A stretch of 32,000 nucleotides of DNA, from the NCBI GenBank assembly GCA_035633175.1, contig DASQFK010000056.1, positions 178 to 32,177 of the forward strand, in the 5' to 3' direction. Source of the stretch: Methylotenera sp. (GTDB lineage Bacteria; Pseudomonadota; Gammaproteobacteria; Burkholderiales; Methylophilaceae). Made by a program: the position numbers and the translations under genes. Every line of letters starts with the position of its first letter. Position 1 is the stretch's first letter. This document shows, piece after piece, positions 1-7,395 of this stretch. The notes beneath the pieces were generated by a model that was not told the origin of the DNA, searched no databases, and was given only the letters and a program-made list of their open reading frames with translations.

Positions 1-315
1 TTAACATGATTGAGTTACGAATATATTATGCAGAAACACAATTGTTTGTGCAGAATAAATGCGTAATTTTAAACATTTGGTTTATTGGCCTAAAACGTCT
101 AATAAATGAGCAAGCTCTAAACAAATACGTAACTTAGCGTCATATATCATAATCATATTGAAATTTTATTTAATAAATACGTAACTAAAAATTTATCTGA
201 GGTTTGTTAAATTCGGATATTAAATTTTTCAGAATATATTAAAAATATTTCGAATCATCTTTAGAAAATATGTCATCTTTTGTTTACACATAAAAAGATC
301 TGGCGTATGCATAAT

Positions 316-381
316 TTATCAAATATCCGATATGGAATGGTAGCGGGGCAGTTTCGGAGTTACAATAAAAATCAGTTGGTT
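316..381 (+). repeat. 66-bp direct repeat, copy 1 (partner at 5830-5896)
   Basis: ttatcaaatatccgatatggaatggtagcggggcagtttcggagttacaataaaaatcagttggtt recurs at 5830-5896 with about 3 substitutions and 1 indel. Confidence 0.85.
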
Positions 382-417
382 GATAATATAATTAAATAGT
401 GTTTTGGGACTTTAGAC

Positions 418-615
418 ATGGATAAATTGGAAAAGGAATTATCTAGGATTGATTCTCAATTTAATGGATCGGCTCACATTACGAAACCAGGTGATAACAT
501 ATTCCTGGATCTCGGATTTCCACCTAAGGTTGCAAAAAAGCTAAGGTTAGAATCAGAGCAAAGAATCAATGATAAGATAAAGAAATCAAATCTCAAAAAG
601 GCGTCTGAACAATAA
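418..615 (+). CDS. small hypothetical protein; resembles only the N-terminal leader of XRE-type antitoxins, with no HTH
   Basis: 65-aa ORF. The GDNIFLDLGFP motif is like the NVFADLGF motif at the N-terminus of XRE/HigA-like antitoxins, recalled from memory. It lies in the cassette-like segment upstream of attC 874-931. Confidence 0.4.
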   Translation: MDKLEKELSRIDSQFNGSAHITKPGDNIFLDLGFPPKVAKKLRLESEQRINDKIKKSNLKKASEQ

Positions 616-648
616 CTTCTTCCAACGTGTGCATATAGAGCTTACAAA

Positions 649-870
649 TTGGCTAAATACCATATACGGCTAGCGGAGCTCTATTCTGATAAAAATGATT
701 TTCAATCGCAAAAGATGCATATCTTATCAGCACAACAAAACTTTGAAAAAATGGGTTGGCACTTTGAAAACATCGAAGATATTAAGAAAATATCATCAGG
801 TAATTACTCTAACGATATTCAATTGGTAACAAAAAAATATGCAAAAAAGGTTCAATCATGTTCATGGTAA
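649..870 (+). CDS. hypothetical cassette ORF (TTG start in the track; true start uncertain)
   Basis: 73-aa ORF whose stop lies 3 nt before the attC R'' box, as is typical for a cassette ORF. No recognisable family. Confidence 0.35.
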   Translation: MAKYHIRLAELYSDKNDFQSQKMHILSAQQNFEKMGWHFENIEDIKKISSGNYSNDIQLVTKKYAKKVQSCSW

Positions 871-873
871 ATT

Positions 874-931
874 GCCTAACCCATCATTCAAGCGAGACGC
901 CTAACGGCGCCCCTTAATTCAAACGTTGGGC
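874..931 (+). mobile_element. integron attC recombination site (attC-1)
   Basis: R'' GCCTAAC (RYYYAAC) at 874-880 and R' GTTGGGC (GTTRRRY) at 925-931. The internal imperfect palindrome is cattcaagcgagacgcctaacggcgcccctt. It is nearly identical to the site at 23675-23732. Confidence 0.85.
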
Positions 932-953
932 GCCATAAAGAAGTGTAGAGGCA

Positions 954-2237
954 ATGTCCTCAAGAGGAGGTGACGTGGCACACAAATACGGCTTGATCAG
1001 TGAGCCTGCCCCTGCTCGGCCAGCGAGCCTGCACTGCATGCTCGTTCATGGAACTTACGCCACCAATGCACTATGGCCACATTTTGACTCCAGTTTTTCA
1101 AGTGCCCTTAAAAATCTTGAGCCAACAGGCGTTCAGATACACCGTTTCTGCTGGAGCGGCAGAAACTCACATCAGCATCGATGCGACGCGGCATCCAAGT
1201 TAGGAGCTGATGCGGCAGAGCTGGCAAAGCAATACGCGCCCGCGCGCATATTATTGATTGGACATAGCCATGGAGGAAATATTATCTGTGCAGCAGCTCG
1301 CCAAATACCACCTCAACAAGTAGCCGGCGTAATTACACTTGCCACTCCATTTTTCCACGTAGAAAGGCGCTCTCTAAAGGCAGTTGCGATGATCACGCCA
1401 CTATTTCTGAGTATGATATTTACTATTAGCCTGATATCTCTTTACGGATGGTACGACGAATGGAAGATGCACCTTATTCATCAAATCTTTAATATCAACA
1501 GTTCAAAAGAACACTCTATTTTGGCTAAAATTCTTGCCGCACTATTGGCGGTAAGTTCTGCCATTTCCATTGGCATTTACCTATATTACCGTTTTGAAAG
1601 CGTTTACCGAGAGCGGCATAACGTGCTCATTCAAATGCAAGATGAACACTTAACTTCATGGGATGCCATGCGGCCCAACTTAAATCGAACCCTTTGCTTA
1701 TCAATGTCACTAGACGAAGCAATTTTCGGACTTAGTGGAGTACGGATATTTGCTGACTTTGGTCACCGACTAGTAGGCTTTATACAACGACACAGTTTCA
1801 TCGCCCTCAGCATTGCCTCTATACCTGCAAGCTTGGGGCTTCTTTACTACTACATTCACTATACAACGCTTGATTTTAGCTTGTATTTGGCAGCAGGTCG
1901 CGCAAGCGCTGCCGTTTGGATTTTCCTTCCTGCGGTCGCGATCTTTGTCATTTTCTCAGCGTGGATGTTAACGGCAGCGTTTTCGATGTTGGTTCACGTA
2001 GGATACGGCACTCAAAGCCTGCAAAGTGCCTTAATGCTTAATATCTCGATAAATCGACTTCCGCAAATATCGTCAGCAGACATTACACACGAGAATATAT
2101 CTCTGAGCTTGCGGCAGTTTATTCGAGGGGGCCTTGGTCTAATTCATTCGAGGCTTTATCAAGATGATCGCACCGTAGCTGCTATTGCAAAATGGTACAG
2201 AGTTAGTTCGTTAGAGCGTTTTACGATTACTGACTAA
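954..2237 (+). CDS. alpha/beta-hydrolase (PGAP1/DUF676-like esterase-lipase) with multiple transmembrane helices; occupies one gene cassette
   Basis: 427 aa. LVHGTY oxyanion-type motif and LLIGHSHGGN nucleophile elbow, then at least 5 hydrophobic helices (AMITPLFLSMIFTISLISLYGW, ILAALLAVSSAISIGIYLYY, FIALSIASIPASLGLLYYYI, VWIFLPAVAIFVIFSAWMLTAAF). Bounded by attC-1 and attC-2. Confidence 0.75.
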   Translation: MSSRGGDVAHKYGLISEPAPARPASLHCMLVHGTYATNALWPHFDSSFSSALKNLEPTGVQIHRFCWSGRNSHQHRCDAASKLGADAAELAKQYAPARILLIGHSHGGNIICAAARQIPPQQVAGVITLATPFFHVERRSLKAVAMITPLFLSMIFTISLISLYGWYDEWKMHLIHQIFNINSSKEHSILAKILAALLAVSSAISIGIYLYYRFESVYRERHNVLIQMQDEHLTSWDAMRPNLNRTLCLSMSLDEAIFGLSGVRIFADFGHRLVGFIQRHSFIALSIASIPASLGLLYYYIHYTTLDFSLYLAAGRASAAVWIFLPAVAIFVIFSAWMLTAAFSMLVHVGYGTQSLQSALMLNISINRLPQISSADITHENISLSLRQFIRGGLGLIHSRLYQDDRTVAAIAKWYRVSSLERFTITD

Positions 2238-2248
2238 GGGAAGATGAC

Positions 2249-2307
2249 GTCCAACAAGTCATTCAAGCGGGACGCTTAAAGGCGTCCCTTTAATTCAAAC
2301 GATAGGT
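2249..2307 (+). mobile_element. integron attC site (attC-2), degenerate R' core
   Basis: R'' GTCCAAC at 2249-2255. The interior cattcaagcgggacgcttaaaggcgtccctttaattcaaac is homologous to attC-1. R' reads GATAGGT (2301-2307) instead of GTTRRRY. Confidence 0.7.
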
Positions 2308-2315
2308 ATAAATCT

Positions 2316-2816
2316 ATGCCCATAGAAATTGAAAGAAAATTTTTAGTCACCGGCAATGAGTGGCGAGTTGCTGCTGGAGTGAAGTTTAGCCAAGGCTATT
2401 TAAATCGAGATAAAACCAGAACAGTAAGAGTAAGGATTGCAGGGAATCAAGGGTTCCTTACAATTAAAGGCGCAACGGTTGGCGCCACACGAGCTGAGTT
2501 TGAATATGAAATACCACTTGTTGATGCAGAAAATCTTTTGGCATTTTGCGAAGGACCCATTATTCAAAAAGTAAGGCACATCTCTGAATACAAAGGGTTT
2601 AATTGGGAAGTGGACGAATTTCAGGGCGAGAACACAGGGTTGGTCATCGCAGAAATTGAACTCTTAAGTGAAAATCAGCCATTAGAGAAGCCTAGCTGGG
2701 TTGGTGAAGAGGTCACATATGACACGCGGTACTTCAATTCAAATTTGGCTCAGAATCCTTATATTACTTGGCGCGAGAAAAATGCACCTAACCCTCATTC
2801 AAGCGTGACGGGCTAA
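2316..2816 (+). CDS. CYTH-domain protein (CyaB/triphosphatase family), cassette-borne
   Basis: 166 aa starting MPIEIERKFLV (the EXEXK CYTH signature), with EFEYEIP and WEVDEF motifs. The 3' end reads into attC-3. About 60% identical by eye to the ORF at 30105-30584. Confidence 0.85.
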   Translation: MPIEIERKFLVTGNEWRVAAGVKFSQGYLNRDKTRTVRVRIAGNQGFLTIKGATVGATRAEFEYEIPLVDAENLLAFCEGPIIQKVRHISEYKGFNWEVDEFQGENTGLVIAEIELLSENQPLEKPSWVGEEVTYDTRYFNSNLAQNPYITWREKNAPNPHSSVTG

Positions 2817-2839
2817 GCCCCTTAAATCAAACGTTGAAA
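2785..2839 (+). mobile_element. integron attC site (attC-3)
   Basis: R'' ACCTAAC at 2785-2791 and the same cattcaagcg core. R' GTTGAAA at 2833-2839, where the last base deviates from Y. Confidence 0.7.
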
Positions 2840-2993
2840 TTCTGCTTTGGGCTGATAATGGTAATTTGATTTAACGGAAAAGATTCGGCCGAAATCACAC
2901 ATTCGACTCACAGATTTATTTTCGATAACGAACCACTTGAATTACAATTAATTCAATTATTTTCCGTTTCTATATTAACTTTAGGCAATCACA

Positions 2994-3737
2994 ATGAGTG
3001 ATACCGATTCATCTATTTTCCACAATGCTGCAGAATTTTCAAGACATAACGATGATGTTTTTGGTCGTATCGCTAGACGCTACGATAAGCTATGCGATGT
3101 TTTTAGTTGTGGAATCCACAGGTTATGGAAACGAAGAGTTGCAAAGATAATCGCAAAAGAGGAATGGGATACTCTTCTTGATGGCGCTACTGGAACAGGA
3201 GACATCATACTTCGAGTCTTAGGCAATAAATCAATTCAAGAGCGTACTGTCATTGCGTCGGACGTAAGTCTAAAAATGCTTACAATTGCTAAGCAGCGGC
3301 TTGGTCATTTTCATGAAAGTGTTAGCCTTAGGCAACTAGATGCAGAGAGTATGCCTTCTATTGCTAGCGATAGTATTGATGCTTACTCAATTTCACTTGG
3401 CCTAAAAATCTGTAATCGGCGTCTAGCACTTCTAGAAGCAATGCGTGTTCTTAAACCTAACGGTAGAATCATTATTCTTGAAGCTTCCAATATTCGTTGG
3501 CCCCTTCTACACGAAGCATATCTTACATATATGTCTATTTGCATGCCGGCACTAGGTTGGCTTGCTACGGGAGGAGATGCTTCAGCATACAAGTATCTTT
3601 TACAAGGTATTTTAGATTTTCCTACCGCAGAAGATTTAGTTGATGAGTTAGCCAATTATGGATTCGAAGATATAAAATTTGAACGACTTTCACTTGGTAT
3701 TGTTGCTATTCATACAGCACGCAAGCCAAACTCATGA
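2994..3737 (+). CDS. class I SAM-dependent methyltransferase, UbiE/COQ5-like
   Basis: 247 aa. LLDGATGTGD SAM-binding motif I and LKPNGRIIILE post-II motif. Overall UbiE/MenG-like layout. Confidence 0.8.
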   Translation: MSDTDSSIFHNAAEFSRHNDDVFGRIARRYDKLCDVFSCGIHRLWKRRVAKIIAKEEWDTLLDGATGTGDIILRVLGNKSIQERTVIASDVSLKMLTIAKQRLGHFHESVSLRQLDAESMPSIASDSIDAYSISLGLKICNRRLALLEAMRVLKPNGRIIILEASNIRWPLLHEAYLTYMSICMPALGWLATGGDASAYKYLLQGILDFPTAEDLVDELANYGFEDIKFERLSLGIVAIHTARKPNS

Positions 3738-4142
3738 TTTCATTTTTAGATTTTCAATATATTTAATTCCCAGTAACTTAAGTATTAAAGTTCGAAATGC
3801 TTTTCCTACCGGATAGAATATTTTTGCGCCAAAATTTGTGCTGAAAATGTAATAGTTGATTCGATTAAAGAATCCAGAAGGCGTGCTTAACAACGTAAGA
3901 ATGTTAATTGCGTCTGGTCCGTAATAAATAATGTTCTTAAACTTTACAACCATACCCTGATCAATATCCAGTCCGGCAGCTGTTATTTCATCCATGATTG
4001 AACTTGGTTTTCTTGCATCAATCAGGTGTAACTTCCCGACTGCATCTTTGATGCGGATATATTTACAATAGGTTTTGCATACAGGGCACTCGCCGTCATA
4101 TACCAACCAAATATCATCTTTAGGTTCTTTCATTATCTGCAT
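3732..4142 (-). CDS. DCC-family thiol-disulfide oxidoreductase (DUF393)
   Basis: 136 aa. N-terminal WLVYDGECPVCKTY matches the DxxCxxC motif of the DCC family. Confidence 0.75.
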   Translation of the reverse strand: MQIMKEPKDDIWLVYDGECPVCKTYCKYIRIKDAVGKLHLIDARKPSSIMDEITAAGLDIDQGMVVKFKNIIYYGPDAINILTLLSTPSGFFNRINYYIFSTNFGAKIFYPVGKAFRTLILKLLGIKYIENLKMKS

Positions 4143-4220
4143 TTCCAGCTCCTATCTTCCTATAGCCAAATTAATAACATAGTGGTATCATAAACTATAT
4201 TTAACTAATTAGCTAATTAT

Positions 4221-4541
4221 ATGAAGATAGAACTTGTATTCGAAGCATTGGCTTCTACCCCGAGGCGCAAGATCCTGGCCTATTTGTCAGAAACTAGTTT
4301 AACCGCAGGTGAAATTGCGGAGAGGTTTGAGATGAGCAAGCCTTCCTTAACCAAACATCTCAAAATTTTAGAAAATGCCGGACTAGTTGTGAGCGAAAAA
4401 CGCGGTCAGTATGTTCACTATAGTCTGGCTGATAGAAACATGCTTGGCACGATACATAAGTTTCTTGCTACTTTCTGTCCAGTAGGTGGTCCACTTAAAC
4501 AAGAAAGTGCGACTATCGCAAAAACAAAGAAATCTAAATAA
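4221..4541 (+). CDS. ArsR/SmtB-family transcriptional regulator
   Basis: 106 aa. RRKILAYL...LTAGEIAERFEMSKPSLTKHLKILENAGLV winged-HTH pattern. Sits 16 nt upstream of a methyltransferase gene. Confidence 0.85.
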   Translation: MKIELVFEALASTPRRKILAYLSETSLTAGEIAERFEMSKPSLTKHLKILENAGLVVSEKRGQYVHYSLADRNMLGTIHKFLATFCPVGGPLKQESATIAKTKKSK

Positions 4542-4556
4542 CTTAAGGTAGTTGAA

Positions 4557-5345
4557 ATGGCAACAATCAATAACAAAATTTACGATGAAGTTTCTGACAC
4601 ATGGTGGGAGCAAGATGGATTTATGGCTGTATTACGAACATCAATTAATCCACCAAGGTTTGATTACTTTCATAAGATACTTGTCGATCGTTTGAAATTA
4701 AATCCACAAGCTTTACAAGTTTTAGATGTGGGTTGTGGCGGCGGGCTTCTGGCAGAACAGTTTGCTTCACTTGGTTGTGAGGTGACTGGTATTGATCAGT
4801 CGGTACCATCACTTAATGCTGCAAAGGCGCACGCTACTAAATCAGGATTGAATATTCGTTATATTGAATCAGTTGGTGAAACGCTACCATTTGAAGCAGC
4901 AAAATTTGATATTGTCTGCTGCTGTGATGTGCTGGAGCACGTAGATGATATAGATACTATTATTGCAGAGATTTCCCGTGTGCTTAAACCTGGAGGCGTA
5001 CTTTTCTTTGATACCATCAATCGTACAGTTAAAAGCAATCTAGTGGCTATCAAAATGGCTCAAGATTGGAGATTAACACGCTTCTTACCTAAAAATGTTC
5101 ACGTCTGGGATAAGTTCATAAAACCTAATGAACTGTTTGTCAGTTTAGTTAAAAATGGATTACCTCAAGCGGAGATTGCCGGATTATCTCCTGCCCATAA
5201 TCCACTAAAATCATTATTAGCGATTACTCAGCAAAAATTAGGTTACATCAATTTTGCTGAACTTGGTTCAAAACTCAAATTAAAGCAGAGTAAGGATATT
5301 TCTATTTCATACATGGGGTTTGCAGTTAGATCACTGATGACTTAG
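4557..5345 (+). CDS. class I SAM-dependent methyltransferase, UbiG-like
   Basis: 262 aa. VLDVGCGGGLLAE motif I, FDIVCCCDVLEHV, LKPGGVLFFDTINR. Likely co-transcribed with the ArsR gene. Confidence 0.8.
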   Translation: MATINNKIYDEVSDTWWEQDGFMAVLRTSINPPRFDYFHKILVDRLKLNPQALQVLDVGCGGGLLAEQFASLGCEVTGIDQSVPSLNAAKAHATKSGLNIRYIESVGETLPFEAAKFDIVCCCDVLEHVDDIDTIIAEISRVLKPGGVLFFDTINRTVKSNLVAIKMAQDWRLTRFLPKNVHVWDKFIKPNELFVSLVKNGLPQAEIAGLSPAHNPLKSLLAITQQKLGYINFAELGSKLKLKQSKDISISYMGFAVRSLMT

Positions 5346-5483
5346 CTACATATGTTACCAATGCAGATGTAAATATAGAACTGGCGAATGTCTACTTTGC
5401 TTTGGGCCGTAAGAGGCCAGTAAATTATAAATGAACTCTATCGTAAGGATTAATTGCTACTACAACAAATTCTGAAGGTAGAT

Positions 5484-5684
5484 TTATTTAGTTGTAACGA
5501 AGCGACCGTTAGGCGCACGCGCCACGATTCTACCTTTATATAAGTAGTAGTGAGGAAGACCTAGCGCTTTTTGCCTATCGATTGCTGCTCTGAATGCTAC
5601 TTTAGCAATTTGCTCAAATGCTACAAATGTAGGATTTCTTGCGATGTCAGTAGAGGCTTTAAATACTCTGCTTTGTTTCATCAT
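5484..5684 (-). CDS. small hypothetical protein
   Basis: 66-aa ORF with no family recognised. Isolated between non-coding stretches. Confidence 0.3.
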   Translation of the reverse strand: MMKQSRVFKASTDIARNPTFVAFEQIAKVAFRAAIDRQKALGLPHYYLYKGRIVARAPNGRFVTTK

Positions 5685-5829
5685 TTACCCTTAAAACAAT
5701 TGCCACTAGGTGTCCATTGTAAAATGGAGAAATTTAGCCTCGCTGATTCTGGAACGGCGTTAATATCTATTTTTTAGTCATCTCAGTAAGCAAACACACC
5801 TTAATATGTGCTTAAATTCCTAAGACCCT

Positions 5830-5896
5830 TTATCAAATATCCGATATGGCATCGGTAGCGGGGCAGTTGCGGAGTTACAATAAAAATCAGTTGGTT
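5830..5896 (+). repeat. 66-bp direct repeat, copy 2
   Basis: ttatcaaatatccgatatggcatcggtagcggggcagttgcggagttacaataaaaatcagttggtt; see copy 1 at 316-381. Confidence 0.85.
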
Positions 5897-5922
5897 CAAT
5901 TAAGCTACTTTGTAATATCTAC

Positions 5923-7236
5923 TTACTTCCAGTTTTGTTCAATATATCCAAATACTTTTACGTCATCAAAATTATCTTCATTTATAACATTTTCAGTTTT
6001 ATTTAAATGCTCTATTTGAGCAAGAACATTGGAAATCTGAATCTTGTTTAAATAAGGTTGATAGGCAACTTTATTTGCGGGATCAAGTTGAACAGCTAAG
6101 CTATATTTTAAGAATCCCAGGCTCTTTTTTAATTCAGAAACTTTTTTACTCTCGGGAATGTTTAGACTAGACGCATTTTCCACAGCACCAATAGAACGAA
6201 TTACTTTTCTGTACAGACTTGCCTGATCTACGCTTACTTTTATATTATCTAAAGAACTTTGTAATATAGTCGCATCGCCTACTTCGGCATTATCAAGGGC
6301 TTCTTTAAAAGCCTTGAGTGTTGCATAAGAGGCATGAGCCTCTGTCGTAGCTTTGTTCACTTGTATTACGCTATAAGTACCTTTATATTCGTTACCAACA
6401 CTACATGATGAATCATTGTATAAAACACCGCTTGACGGCTTATAACTGTAATTTTCCCAATTAATTACTTTTTCTCTTTCTGAAGACCGTATAAGGACAT
6501 ATTCGCCATATACACCAAATAAAGCATGTAAATTTGGCTTAGCTGAAGCTGTCGATATGATGGTTGAATCGTATCTTAGCAAAAGGTCGTCTTTATTGTT
6601 TCGAACTAAGCTGGTTCCTAATTCTTGAAGTACTCCGAAAATGGGAGAAATCGGACCGGAAAATTTAGAACCAAGCTCTGCGAGGCTCGTTAACAAAGCA
6701 CTAACCTTTTCGCTTTTCTTAGTGTTATCCAACTCTAATGCGAACAAACTAATACCTAATGGATTACCTTGGTATTCCATTGGGCCAAACATGATAAGTT
6801 GGCCAAAATTTAAAAACTGACCAGGTAGTACATCATCTGAATAATAAATTACCCTGCCAGAGTCGGCTGCACTTTTACTAAAATCTAGTCCATATATTGC
6901 ACTAGATTTATCCTTTTGCATTTCAAAAGCATTGGCAATTATGGCTAGTTCGCCTTTTTTAACAAAAAGTCCATCAGCCTTAAATTCTGTACCAATGTGC
7001 ACACGCTTTAGCAATACACTGTAAATATCCCCTTTTACTAATTCATTAGATTCTGCAGTGCGTGGTAAAACATATTTCGACTCAATGGTAAGACATGGAT
7101 TGTCACCTGGAAATTCAGGGGTTATTACACGACCAAAGTCTGAAGAACCTGTGTCAGTACCTGCATTTGAGGGAAGGGGAAATAAAACAAAAATATAAAT
7201 AATAAAATATATATGGTTTTTCATTTGCATCCCCAT
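5923..7236 (-). CDS. exported protein of unknown function
   Basis: 437 aa. N-terminal hydrophobic signal (KNHIYFIIYIFVLFPLPSNAG-TD). No catalytic motif recognised. Divergent from the S8 protease gene across an AT-rich 150-bp spacer. Confidence 0.6.
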   Translation of the reverse strand: MGMQMKNHIYFIIYIFVLFPLPSNAGTDTGSSDFGRVITPEFPGDNPCLTIESKYVLPRTAESNELVKGDIYSVLLKRVHIGTEFKADGLFVKKGELAIIANAFEMQKDKSSAIYGLDFSKSAADSGRVIYYSDDVLPGQFLNFGQLIMFGPMEYQGNPLGISLFALELDNTKKSEKVSALLTSLAELGSKFSGPISPIFGVLQELGTSLVRNNKDDLLLRYDSTIISTASAKPNLHALFGVYGEYVLIRSSEREKVINWENYSYKPSSGVLYNDSSCSVGNEYKGTYSVIQVNKATTEAHASYATLKAFKEALDNAEVGDATILQSSLDNIKVSVDQASLYRKVIRSIGAVENASSLNIPESKKVSELKKSLGFLKYSLAVQLDPANKVAYQPYLNKIQISNVLAQIEHLNKTENVINEDNFDDVKVFGYIEQNWK

Positions 7237-7395
7237 TTTCTTGTATATTGTTTAATATCAATGCATTATGATTATTAATATATACTAATTAGAATTTAAA
7301 TGAAATAATTTTTACTTTATTTATAACATGATTACTAACTGACTAAATAAGTTTAAATTATGTAAATCTGAGAGATTTCGCATGGAGTGATTAAT

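Noticed and set aside
1000-4613. Nested or antisense ORFs 1000-1203, 3383-3655 and 4383-4613.
   Set aside because: Each lies entirely within, or antisense to, a gene with clear family motifs. Their products are low-complexity.
5470-5530. A possible reverse-oriented attC overlapping the 3' end of ORF 5484-5684, because of the shared ccgttaggcg.
   Set aside because: Similarity is limited to about 10 nt. There are no flanking core sites and none of the conserved cattcaagcg segment.
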